From: Myxococcota bacterium
GTDB lineage: Bacteria; Myxococcota_A; UBA9160; UBA4427
NCBI GenBank assembly: GCA_965250285.1
Contig: OZ252299.1
Location: forward strand, 2,464,001 to 2,528,000
Reading direction: 5' to 3'
DNA length: 64,000 nucleotides
Position numbers and translations under genes: made by a program. Below, piece after piece: positions 39,699 to 48,288 of the stretch. Under the pieces are notes generated by a model that was not told the DNA's origin, did no database searches, and saw only the letters and a program-made list of their open reading frames with translations. Positions within the stretch are counted from its first letter, which is position 1. Each line of letters starts with the position of its first letter.

Positions 39699-41306
39699 AT
39701 GGACCAGATCGGCGACATCTACCGCAGCAGCCGGGGCCTCCCCGGCCCCTGGGACGCCATCGTCATCGGATCGGGCATGGGCGGGCTGTCGGCCGCGTCG
39801 CTGCTCGCGCAGGACGGGCTTCGCGTGCTGCTGCTCGAGCAGAACCGGATCGTCGGCGGCTGCACGCAGAGCTACGAGCGCGGCGGCTATCGCTGGAACA
39901 TCGGCATGCACTACATCGGCGAGGTGCAGGCCGAGCACACGACGACGTGGCAGCTCTTCGATGCCGTGACCGGCGGCGGCATCGAGTGGAACGCACTGCC
40001 GCCGATCTACAACCGAATGGTGATTGGCGACCGAACGATCGAGATCCCGGCCGGCGCGGACGCCTACGCGGCCGCGTTGCAGCGGGCCTTTCCCGGTGAG
40101 GCCCAGGCCATCGAGCGCTACCTCACGCTCATCCGCCAGGTGCCCCGCACGGCCGGCCCCTATTTCGCGCAGAAGGCCCTGCCCTCCGACGTCGCCGAGA
40201 ACGTCTACGACGATCTGTGCGGCCCTTTCCATGAGTACGCCGACCGCTCGACCCTCGACGTGCTGTCCGAGCTCACGACCGATCCCGAGCTGATTGCGGT
40301 CTGGTGCGCAAACTGGGGCGACTACAGCCTGCCGCCGTCGCAGAGCTCGTTTGCGATGCACTGCATGTTGAACAAGCACTACCTCAACGGTGCGAGCTAC
40401 CCGACCGGGGGTGGCCTCGCTTTCGCACGCGCGATCGAGCCCATCGTCGAATCGGCCGGCGGCGCGATCGCGACGAGCGCCGAGGTCGATCGCATCCTCG
40501 TGCGCGAAGGCAGAGCGATCGGCGTGCGGCTCGCCTCGGGCGAAGAGGTCACGGCGCCGCTCGTGGTGAGCAATGCAGGCGTACAGAACACGTTCGGGAG
40601 GCTCCTCGACCCGGCCGACGCCGATGCACAGGGCCTCCGCAAGCACCTCGACGAGGTCGGCGACAGCTACGCACTGGTCGGTGTGAACGTGGGGCTCTCG
40701 AAGTCGGCCGCCGAGCTCGACATCGACCCAGCGAACGTGTGGGCCCACCCGAGCCACGACTTCGACGCGAACCTGGCCGCGCACGCCGCCGACTTCGACG
40801 CGCCCTTCCCCTTTCTCTTCGTAACGTTCCCGTCGGTGAAGGACCCGACCTGGGAGCGCGAGTTTCCCGGCAAGTCGACGGTCGAGATGTATGGCTACAC
40901 GCACTTCGAGCACTTCGAGGCCTGGCGCGGGACGTCCTGGCGACGCCGCGGCGCAGCCTACGAAGCGCGAAAGCGAGACATCGAGGGGCGCCTGCTCTCG
41001 GCGCTCTTCGATCTCGTTCCGAAGGCCCGAGACTGCGTCGATGTGACCGAGGTTTCGACGCCACTCAGCTACGAGACCTTTCTGAAGCGCGAGCGGGGCG
41101 GGTTCATGGGGGTCGAGGCTTCACCGGAGCGGTTCCGCGCGCAGTGGCTTCGCGCGCACACTCCGATCGGAGGCCTCTACCTCTCGGGCCAGGACGTCAC
41201 GACCGATGGCGTGATCGGGGCCCTCGTCGGGGGCGTGATCGCAGCGTCGGCCGTCCTCGAGCGCGATCTGCTCACCGAGATCCGCGCTCAGCGCTCGGCG
41301 GCGTAG
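39699..41306 (+). CDS. Phytoene desaturase-family FAD oxidoreductase (retinol saturase-like)
   Basis: IVIGSGMGG, LLEQ..VGGC, GMHYIG, YPTGG, FVTFPSVKDP, STPLS, LYLSGQD. Confidence 0.9.
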   Translation: MDQIGDIYRSSRGLPGPWDAIVIGSGMGGLSAASLLAQDGLRVLLLEQNRIVGGCTQSYERGGYRWNIGMHYIGEVQAEHTTTWQLFDAVTGGGIEWNALPPIYNRMVIGDRTIEIPAGADAYAAALQRAFPGEAQAIERYLTLIRQVPRTAGPYFAQKALPSDVAENVYDDLCGPFHEYADRSTLDVLSELTTDPELIAVWCANWGDYSLPPSQSSFAMHCMLNKHYLNGASYPTGGGLAFARAIEPIVESAGGAIATSAEVDRILVREGRAIGVRLASGEEVTAPLVVSNAGVQNTFGRLLDPADADAQGLRKHLDEVGDSYALVGVNVGLSKSAAELDIDPANVWAHPSHDFDANLAAHAADFDAPFPFLFVTFPSVKDPTWEREFPGKSTVEMYGYTHFEHFEAWRGTSWRRRGAAYEARKRDIEGRLLSALFDLVPKARDCVDVTEVSTPLSYETFLKRERGGFMGVEASPERFRAQWLRAHTPIGGLYLSGQDVTTDGVIGALVGGVIAASAVLERDLLTEIRAQRSAA

Positions 41307-41313
41307 GACGCTC

Positions 41314-41907
41314 GTGGGACGGATCGCCGAAGGCGAAGCCCGCACCGTGATCCTGGCGCACGCGCGCGAGCTGTTTCTTCAGGAAGGCGCGCAGAACGTC
41401 TCGATGCGCCGCATCGCCAAGGCAGTCGGCGTCACGCCGATGGCGCTCTACCGGCACTTCGAGAGCAAGGAAGACCTGCAGATTCAGCTTCTGCGAGACG
41501 GGTTTCGCACCTTCGACGACTATCTCGCGCGAAGCGAATCGGGCGAGACAGCCGATGAGCGTCTGCTGCGACTCGTCGCCGGCTTCCGCGACTTCGCCCT
41601 CGACGAACCCGCCTACTTCGAGCTGATGTTCCTCTCGAGCCAGACCCCCGACGGCCTGCGAGATCGGCGCGAGGTGCGTCGCGTCGCGCGCCCGACGTTC
41701 CAGCGCCTGGTCGACTGTGTCGCGGCGTGCATTGCCTCACGCAGCCTGCTCGATCGCGGCGCCGAGCCGATCGCGCTCACGCTGCTCGCCCAGGCCACCG
41801 GCCTCGCGGCGCTGCATCGCTCGGGCACGTTTCGCTGGTCGAAGGCGGAGGCACGCCGACGCTTCGACGCATCGTTCGCCGCGACGCTCGACGCCTACCG
41901 CCCGTGA
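41314..41907 (+). CDS. TetR family regulator
   Basis: VSMRRIAKAVGVTPMALYRHFESKE; YFELMF. Confidence 0.92.
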   Translation: MGRIAEGEARTVILAHARELFLQEGAQNVSMRRIAKAVGVTPMALYRHFESKEDLQIQLLRDGFRTFDDYLARSESGETADERLLRLVAGFRDFALDEPAYFELMFLSSQTPDGLRDRREVRRVARPTFQRLVDCVAACIASRSLLDRGAEPIALTLLAQATGLAALHRSGTFRWSKAEARRRFDASFAATLDAYRP

Positions 41908-41954
41908 CGGCAAGCGAATCGACGGACGATCGCGCTTGGCGGGGGGCGCCCGCG

Positions 41955-42278
41955 CTAGCGCCGGGTGGCGGTCTTCAGGAGATAGACGAGCGGCGAGAAC
42001 ATCCCGACGACGAAGGCCGCGATGATCCACGGCCACGGGTTCTCTCCTCTGCTTCTCGCATCGCCGTAGATCCAGACGCAGATCACGGCGACGGCGATCA
42101 CCAGATCGGTGTAGATCTGAAGCGAGGCCCAGTTGAAGCGGATCGCGGCGAGCGTGCCGGGCAACCCGTCCGTCACCATGGCCACCCCGGTCAAAGCACT
42201 GAACAGCACCAGGGTCACGATGAGCAGCGTGCGTTGCGTCGGCGCGCTGAATGCGGTCGGTTGCGTCGTCTCGGTCAT
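41955..42278 (-). CDS. Small membrane protein (DUF2834-like)
   Basis: QIYTDLVIA..CVWIYGDAR, PLVYL; purine-rich RBS before ATG 42278. Confidence 0.75.
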   Translation of the reverse strand: MTETTQPTAFSAPTQRTLLIVTLVLFSALTGVAMVTDGLPGTLAAIRFNWASLQIYTDLVIAVAVICVWIYGDARSRGENPWPWIIAAFVVGMFSPLVYLLKTATRR

Positions 42279-42427
42279 TCTCTTCCTTCCTTGTCCGTCC
42301 GCCCCCTCCGAATCCAGGGGCGTCGGGGTCATCGGGCCGGGCACAGCGCCCGTCGGCGCTCAGCGACAGGGCCAACATCGGGCGGAGCGGCCGGCGAACG
42401 AGACCGATCGGCCGCCTCGCGACGCAC

Positions 42428-42826
42428 TCATGCGGGTGCCGGGCCGGCCTGCGGCCATTCGCTCATGATGGTGGGGATGTCGAAGTAGTCCCGCCAGAGG
42501 GTGACGCGGCCGTCGTGGACCTCGAAGACCCCCGTCACCGGGAGCTCGACCCAGCGATCGGCCAGCCGGTGCCGATCGACGCGCTCGACGAAGACGATCG
42601 CGCCATCGACGGCCGTATGCTCGTAGACGAATTCGTTCTCGACCGTCGGCGCGAAGAATGGCTCGAGCACCCCCCGAATACCGGCCGGTCCACGGACCGT
42701 CCCGAGCGGTTCGGGGTTGGTGTACTCGCAGTCGGGCGAGACCATGTCGGCCGCTGCGTCGTAGCGCTTCGCTCCGAGCGTCTCGAGCAGGACCTTCACG
42801 GTTTCGAGGGGGGACGTGTCGCTCAT
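42428..42826 (-). CDS. Limonene-1,2-epoxide hydrolase family (NTF2-like)
   Basis: YTN, VFVERVD, LPVTGVFEV, WRDYFD; GGAGGAG RBS. Confidence 0.9.
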   Translation of the reverse strand: MSDTSPLETVKVLLETLGAKRYDAAADMVSPDCEYTNPEPLGTVRGPAGIRGVLEPFFAPTVENEFVYEHTAVDGAIVFVERVDRHRLADRWVELPVTGVFEVHDGRVTLWRDYFDIPTIMSEWPQAGPAPA

Positions 42827-42880
42827 GCGCGTTCTCCTCCAGGCTTGGCCGAGGCGGCGCAGTCGACTCGGCGCGGCACG

Positions 42881-42928
42881 CTGTAGTTATCACTACAGAA
42901 TCTCTCCCATTTTGTAGCGAACACTACA
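42881..42928. promoter_or_regulatory. Two TGTAG-N6-CTACA operator palindromes
   Basis: CTGTAGTTATCACTACAG (42881-42898) and TGTAGCGAACACTACA (42913-42928). Confidence 0.7.
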
Positions 42929-43134
42929 GATCTCGCAATCGGGCCCGTCTGCACCAGGCTGGCTGTGCGGTCGCGCTGATCCAGGCAAGATCCCGCCGAT
43001 CCGTGCATGCACCGACCCCGCACGGGCCCCGGACGCATCGCTGCCCGCCGCGTCGGGTTCGGCCAGCCCGCGCAATCGGCTCGATCCCCCGCTCGAGATC
43101 GACCGAGGCGACGGCCGTGGATCCGCCCCGCGTC

Positions 43135-43437
43135 GCCATCAACGGGTTGATGCGCGAGGCTGCGGCCGGCCCGATGCGCGGCGACCTCGAGTACAGCTCG
43201 GCCGCCATCGTCTCGTCGGAGATCGTCGGCAACGCCCATTCGAGCATCGTCGATGCCCCGCTTACCCAGGTGATCGATGGCCGGTTCGCGAAGGTCATCA
43301 GCTGGTCCGACAACGAGTGGGGCTACAGCGCACGCGTCGAAGAGAGGATGGTGCGCATGTCGAAGATCGACGACCTCGCGTTCGACAGCGAGGGGCAGTC
43401 GCGCCCGCCTGCCGACGAATCGGCTCGAATCGCCTGA
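43135..43437 (+). pseudogene. gap: C-terminal remnant of type I glyceraldehyde-3-phosphate dehydrogenase
   Basis: AINGLMREAAAGPMRGDLEYS..IVSSEIVGNAHSSIVDAPLT...KVISWSDNEWGYS; no NAD-binding domain or catalytic Cys upstream. Confidence 0.85.
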
Positions 43438-43482
43438 GCGAACCGTCGCGCGCCGCCTCGGAGACGGGCGTCATTCGATCAC

Positions 43483-43498
43483 GTCATATAATCTGGCA
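43483..43498. promoter_or_regulatory. Operator shared with 45083-45098
   Basis: GTCATATAATCTGGCA, 14/16 identical to GTCATATCATTTGGCA. Confidence 0.6.
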
Positions 43499-43533
43499 AT
43501 AGATCGAAACCGGTCGCGGCGGAGGCTCGAGAA

Positions 43534-44136
43534 GTGGCCGAACGAGATGAGGTCGATGGGCTCGACGGGCGCGTGCAGCGCTCGCAGCGCAGCCGCGAGC
43601 GCATCATGGACGCGCTCATCGAGCTCGTTCGGGAAGGCCACGCCCAGCCCACCGGTCAGGAGGTCGCCGACCGCGCCGGGATGAACCTTCGGAGCGTGTT
43701 TCGCCACTTCGACGACATCGAGTCGCTCTACCGTGCGATCCACGAAAAGCTGCAGCAGACCCTCGTCCCGCTCATCTACCAGGAAGTGGCCACGGGCTCC
43801 CTCGATCACCGCATCACCGAGTTCGTGCGCTGCCGCACCCGCGCCTACGAGCAGCTCGCCCCCTTCCAGCGCTCGGAACGACTCGGCCGCTGGAAGTCGC
43901 CCGCGCTCGAGGCCGTGCATCGTCAGTTCGTGGTCGGCATGCGCCGTGACCTCGAGACGCGACTGCCCGAGGTCGACGAGCTGCCGGGCCCGGTGCGCGC
44001 CGCCGCCGAGATGATGACGTCTTTCGAGGCCTGGGACCGGTTGCGCCTCGAGCAGGGACTGGGGCCGCGTCAGACCGCCGCGGCGATCGAGGCCGGGCTG
44101 CGACGCCTGCTCGGCGCCGAACGCGCGTCGCGCTGA
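43534..44136 (+). CDS. TetR family regulator
   Basis: DGRVQRSQRSRERI, PTGQEVADRAGMNLRSVFRHFDD. Confidence 0.92.
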   Translation: MAERDEVDGLDGRVQRSQRSRERIMDALIELVREGHAQPTGQEVADRAGMNLRSVFRHFDDIESLYRAIHEKLQQTLVPLIYQEVATGSLDHRITEFVRCRTRAYEQLAPFQRSERLGRWKSPALEAVHRQFVVGMRRDLETRLPEVDELPGPVRAAAEMMTSFEAWDRLRLEQGLGPRQTAAAIEAGLRRLLGAERASR

Positions 44137-44139
44137 GAG

Positions 44140-45054
44140 TTAGAGACGCGAGAGCACCGGCACCGTCGGCATCGCCAACGTGTCGCCCGGTTGCTTCCCG
44201 GTGACGGCCTCAGTGAAGAACGTGCTCATCATGAGCTCTCGCATGTAGTCGATCCCCGGGTAGTACACGATCGCGACCCGGTCGAAGTCACCCTGGTCGT
44301 CGAGGCTGACGGCCCGGCCGATGTGCATGGGCCCGTAGACGCCTTCGGCGAAGCCCCGGGCCATCGCGAGGCCGTAGCCTCGATCGGCCGCGCGCTGCTC
44401 TCGGGTGCCGTCCTTCAGCAGGTTCACCACGACGAGGGCGTCCTCGGAATAGCGCTTGAGAGGCTCCATCGCCGCCCATCGTGCTTCGAGATCGGCCAGG
44501 CGGGGGTCTTGCGTGTCGCCACTGCCCAGGTCGGCCGGGACGAGCGGATAGAACGAATCTCCGAACGTCGCGAGCTGGTAGGCGCGCAGCCCGAGGAGCA
44601 GCTGGGGGATTGCGAGGTTGAGGGCTGCCGGACGCTCGAACCCATGGGCATACGTTCGCGGAAAGTCGCGAAACGCCGCCTCGTAGCTCGAAGTCGCGGC
44701 GATCGCGTCGAACACGGCGCGCGACGGATACTGCATGAGGACGATCGCGTCCCAGTCGGCCTCGCCAAGCTGCGACGACTCGAGACGCACGGCCCCGGTG
44801 AGCCCGGCGTACACCATCTGCGCGCCGTCCGCGGCTTCGAGTTCGTTCCGTAGCTTGCGCAGGCTCTCGACGGGATCGGCGCCTTCGGCGAGCGCGAGAT
44901 AACTCAACACGTGAAACGTGTCGCCGGCGTAGACGATCGGCTGTTGATCCTGCATCGGGCCGCGCCGAATCGAGAGGTAGCGGTCGTGCTGCCAGCCCAT
45001 GGCGACGACCAGGACAACCAAGAGGCCAAGCACGACCAACGTAACGGCGTTCAT
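44140..45054 (-). CDS. Membrane-anchored hypothetical protein with two DUF1330-like alpha/beta repeats
   Basis: N-terminal TM; repeated motifs DWDAIVLMQYPS and DFDRVAIVYYPG. Confidence 0.75.
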   Translation of the reverse strand: MNAVTLVVLGLLVVLVVAMGWQHDRYLSIRRGPMQDQQPIVYAGDTFHVLSYLALAEGADPVESLRKLRNELEAADGAQMVYAGLTGAVRLESSQLGEADWDAIVLMQYPSRAVFDAIAATSSYEAAFRDFPRTYAHGFERPAALNLAIPQLLLGLRAYQLATFGDSFYPLVPADLGSGDTQDPRLADLEARWAAMEPLKRYSEDALVVVNLLKDGTREQRAADRGYGLAMARGFAEGVYGPMHIGRAVSLDDQGDFDRVAIVYYPGIDYMRELMMSTFFTEAVTGKQPGDTLAMPTVPVLSRL

Positions 45055-45082
45055 CGACGTTCCCCCGCTCGCTCCATCTTAT

Positions 45083-45098
45083 GTCATATCATTTGGCA
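45083..45098. promoter_or_regulatory. Operator shared with 43483-43498
   Basis: Core of the imperfect palindrome ATGTCATATCATTTGGCAT upstream of the 44140-45054 gene. Confidence 0.6.
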
Positions 45099-45350
45099 TA
45101 TTTGACGACACCGCAAGGCCCAATGCATGACGCGCCCTCCCCCGGCCGTGCCCTCGTCGCTCCGACACCTCGGCACCGCGAACGGGTGCCGATCACCGCA
45201 TCTGCATGTCCGCCAGAAGAAGCGAGCGAGCCTGGCGCGAAGCCTCGTCACCCCCGCCAGATCACACAGGCGTCACGGCAGCGCTCGAGCGATGCGGCAT
45301 CCTGATCCGCGGGCCAGCACTTTCTTCCCCAAACGAGCGTGGAGGCTTCC

Positions 45351-45680
45351 ATGAGTCGACTCGAACTGCTCAGCCGGTTGAGCCTGCAAACGGCGAAGCT
45401 CGAAGCGATCGCCGGTCGCGAGAGCGGCGGCCAGGGCGACTGGGCCAACCGGGCCAGCCCGTGGTGGACGCACATCTGGCGCCTGGCGATCCGCATCCTC
45501 TCGGTGCTGATGGGGCGGCGCACCTGCGGCGAGCTCAAGGTCGCGTACGAACGACTCAAGGGGCTCGTCGAGGAGGCGGGCGATCAGCTCACGACAGAGG
45601 AACGCAAGGCCATGGAGAACACGCTGCTCGACGTCGAGGTCGAGCTGCAGACGAGCTGTCCGGCAGTGTTCTGGCCGTGA
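45351..45680 (+). CDS. Hypothetical protein (109 aa, helical)
   Basis: GGAGG RBS, ATG 45351, GC3-rich codons. Confidence 0.7.
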   Translation: MSRLELLSRLSLQTAKLEAIAGRESGGQGDWANRASPWWTHIWRLAIRILSVLMGRRTCGELKVAYERLKGLVEEAGDQLTTEERKAMENTLLDVEVELQTSCPAVFWP

Positions 45681-45851
45681 TGAGAGGGTCGGCGTCTTGA
45701 AGGCCCATCCGCGTGCAGCCGACCCTCGGCGCCGCTAGCCGAAGGCGCAGAGGACGATTGAAGGCCAGGGGATCCGACCCGAGGGCCTGCGGACCGGGGC
45801 CCCTCGAGGCGAGATCCGACGAATCCATTGCTCGACGGCGCGCCGTCTGCT

Positions 45852-45872
45852 TTACTGAGTTCGACTCAGTAA
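45852..45872. promoter_or_regulatory. TetR operator palindrome
   Basis: TTACTGAGT-TCG-ACTCAGTAA, perfect 9-bp arms 12 bp before the phyH-like start. Confidence 0.78.
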
Positions 45873-45884
45873 TGGAGTGGCCCC

Positions 45885-46751
45885 ATGAGCAAGCCCGTCG
45901 AACGCATCGAGGACGCCCGGGCGTACTTCGAAACCGACCACGCGCAGACCCACCGCTTCACCGCGAGTGCAGACGCCGCGCGGGTGCCCGAGGAGGTCGT
46001 GGCGGCCGATCTCGCGACCGTCGAGCGCGCGGGCTACGTGATCATTCCGTCGCTGCTCACCGACGACGAGCTCGCCGAGATTCGGGCCGGCATCGAGCCC
46101 CTCCTCGGTCATCCAGGGCGAAACGACTTCGAGGGCACCGTGACCCAGCGCGTGTACGCCGTCGTCGAGAAGACACGCGCGCTGGATCGACTGATCACCC
46201 ACCCTCGCATCCTGGCGCTGCTCGACCGGCTGTTCCAACCCAACTATCTGCTGTCGCAGGCCCAGGTCATCAACATCCTGCCGGGAGAAACGCCCCAGGC
46301 CCTTCACCCCGACGACGCGTTCTACGCGGTGCCCCGCCCGCGCCCGCCCCTCGGCGCAGCCACCGTATGGGCGATCGACGCGTTCACGGCCGAAAACGGC
46401 GCGACCGTCGTCGTGCCGGGGAGCCACACGTGGGGCGACCGCGATCCGACCGACGACGACACCCGCGTGCCGGCGGTCATGCCGGCGGGCTCTGTCGTCT
46501 TCTATCCCGGGACCCTCTGGCACGGCGGCGGCGAGAACCACACGACGGCCCCGCGCCTCGCCGTCACCTGCCAGTACTGCGAGCCCTGGGTGCGAACGCA
46601 AGAGAACTACTTCCTCTCGGTCCGCCGCGAGACCGCCGCGGCGCTCTCCGAGGATCTCAAGCGCTTGCTCGGCTACAGCATCCATCCCCCGTTCATGGGC
46701 ATGATGAACGGCATGCACCCGAAGCGCGCGCTCGAAACGGACGCCCTCTGA
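45885..46751 (+). CDS. Phytanoyl-CoA dioxygenase (PhyH) family Fe(II)/2OG dioxygenase
   Basis: QALHPDD, WAIDAFTAENGAT.VVPGSH, LWHGGG.N, RTQEN. Confidence 0.92.
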   Translation: MSKPVERIEDARAYFETDHAQTHRFTASADAARVPEEVVAADLATVERAGYVIIPSLLTDDELAEIRAGIEPLLGHPGRNDFEGTVTQRVYAVVEKTRALDRLITHPRILALLDRLFQPNYLLSQAQVINILPGETPQALHPDDAFYAVPRPRPPLGAATVWAIDAFTAENGATVVVPGSHTWGDRDPTDDDTRVPAVMPAGSVVFYPGTLWHGGGENHTTAPRLAVTCQYCEPWVRTQENYFLSVRRETAAALSEDLKRLLGYSIHPPFMGMMNGMHPKRALETDAL

Positions 46752-47353
46752 GCCCCGCGGCCCGTCGCAAGCGAAGGCCCGCCCAGGTCGCACGCCGCAG
46801 CTTGATCGACGCCGCGCTCGAAGTGCTGCTCGAAGGCGAGGGGCAGCTCGAGGTCGCGGCCGTAGCGAAGCGCGCAGGCGTCTCGGAGAGCCTCGCCTAC
46901 TACCACTTCCGCAACAAAGCCGGCCTGCTCGATGCGATGGTCGAAGATTTCTACCAGCGCCTCGACGAGTCGATCACCGCCGTGCCCTTCGAGGGGCCAA
47001 CCTGGCGCGAACGCGAAGAGAGCCGCGTACACGCGATCGTCGACTTCATGTACAACGACCCGGCCTCGAGATGGGTCGCCAACACCGTGGCCTCCGACCC
47101 GAAGGTCGCCGCGAAGCAGCGCGAGCGGCAGCGCCGACTCGACGAGCTCGGCGCGCGCAACATCGCCCAGGCCCAACGCGACGGCGAGATCGACGCGACT
47201 CTCGATCCGCACCTGCTCGTTTCGATGATCCTCGGCGGCGTGCTCGCAGGGATCAGCCACGCCCTCTCGACGCAGCCGCCCAAGCCCCAGGCGCGCGTCG
47301 CCGCAGAGATCTGGTCCTTCGTCGCCCGCGCGGCCGGTACGGAGCGACGTTGA
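46748..47353 (+). CDS. TetR family regulator
   Basis: VAAVAKRAGVSESLAYYHFRNKAGL; start is CTG 46748 (overlapping the upstream TGA) or TTG 46802. Confidence 0.88.
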   Translation: MSPAARRKRRPAQVARRSLIDAALEVLLEGEGQLEVAAVAKRAGVSESLAYYHFRNKAGLLDAMVEDFYQRLDESITAVPFEGPTWREREESRVHAIVDFMYNDPASRWVANTVASDPKVAAKQRERQRRLDELGARNIAQAQRDGEIDATLDPHLLVSMILGGVLAGISHALSTQPPKPQARVAAEIWSFVARAAGTERR

Positions 47354-47502
47354 CCTGCGAGGTCGCCGTCGCTTTGCACGCAGTCCCGGTCTCAGGCGCG
47401 GTCCCACGCCCGCTCCGGCGTGCGTTCGCGTGACCCATCCGCCACCTTCCCCAGCGTACGCCAGGCCGTCCCATCGCGACGCGCACACAGACGCGCGCCG
47501 GA

Positions 47503-48288
47503 GTGTCGTCCGTGGAAGAGAGCGCCCACAGCGCCGCCGACTGGCTCCTCGTCGCGCACAAGATGCTCGGCTTCATCACGATCGTGCTCGTCGCGCCGAA
47601 CGCCCTCCTCGTGACACCGGGGGGACGCGCGCACCGCCGACTCGGCCAGACCTACATCGCGTGCATGACCCTGCTCTATCTCTCGGGCACGTACTTCACG
47701 TTCGAGCAGCACCCGCTCACGAGCTACCGCTTCCTTCGCAATCTGACGTTCAATCTCTTCGGCTACTCGATGCTGCTGCTCGGATGGCGGGCCATGCCGC
47801 TCAAGCGAACCGACGGCGGGCGGGTCTCTGCGCTCGACCGCGTGCTCTTCGCCGGCCTGGTCGTGCTCGGCATCGCGATGGTCCCCCTCGGCTACAAGCG
47901 CTGGCCGATGTTCGTGCTCGGGGGACTCGCGCTTCTGCTCGCGTACATCGACTGGCAGGAGATTCGCAAAGGCACCCTCACCGCGGCCAAGCGTCTCGAG
48001 CGCCACATGCGATACATGATCGCCTCGTACTACTACGTGGTGACGCTGCTCTCGATCCTTCTCTTCCCGGGCACGGTGAAGCTCAAGTGGATCTGGCCCT
48101 CGGCCGTCGCCGGTGTGCTCGTCCTGATCCTGACCCAGCCGGCCGTGCGTGAACGGTTCGGGGCGTCGCGCAGCGGCGCCACGCGCTTCGCGCTCCGGTT
48201 CAGCGCGGTGCTCGCCGTGGTGCTCGGCCTCGCCGTGCTGATCACGTTCGTGCGCGAAGGCAGCCTCTTCGCCGGGGTCGAAGGGTGA
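47503..48288 (+). CDS. Integral membrane protein (DUF2306-like)
   Basis: H..LG, GGRAHRRLGQTY, RHMRYMIASY; 7-8 TM. Confidence 0.75.
   Translation: MSSVEESAHSAADWLLVAHKMLGFITIVLVAPNALLVTPGGRAHRRLGQTYIACMTLLYLSGTYFTFEQHPLTSYRFLRNLTFNLFGYSMLLLGWRAMPLKRTDGGRVSALDRVLFAGLVVLGIAMVPLGYKRWPMFVLGGLALLLAYIDWQEIRKGTLTAAKRLERHMRYMIASYYYVVTLLSILLFPGTVKLKWIWPSAVAGVLVLILTQPAVRERFGASRSGATRFALRFSAVLAVVLGLAVLITFVREGSLFAGVEG

Noticed and set aside
45713..47353. 546-aa TetR with long N-terminal extension
   Set aside because: The extension is an alternate frame over the PhyH gene; only the last ~200 aa are TetR
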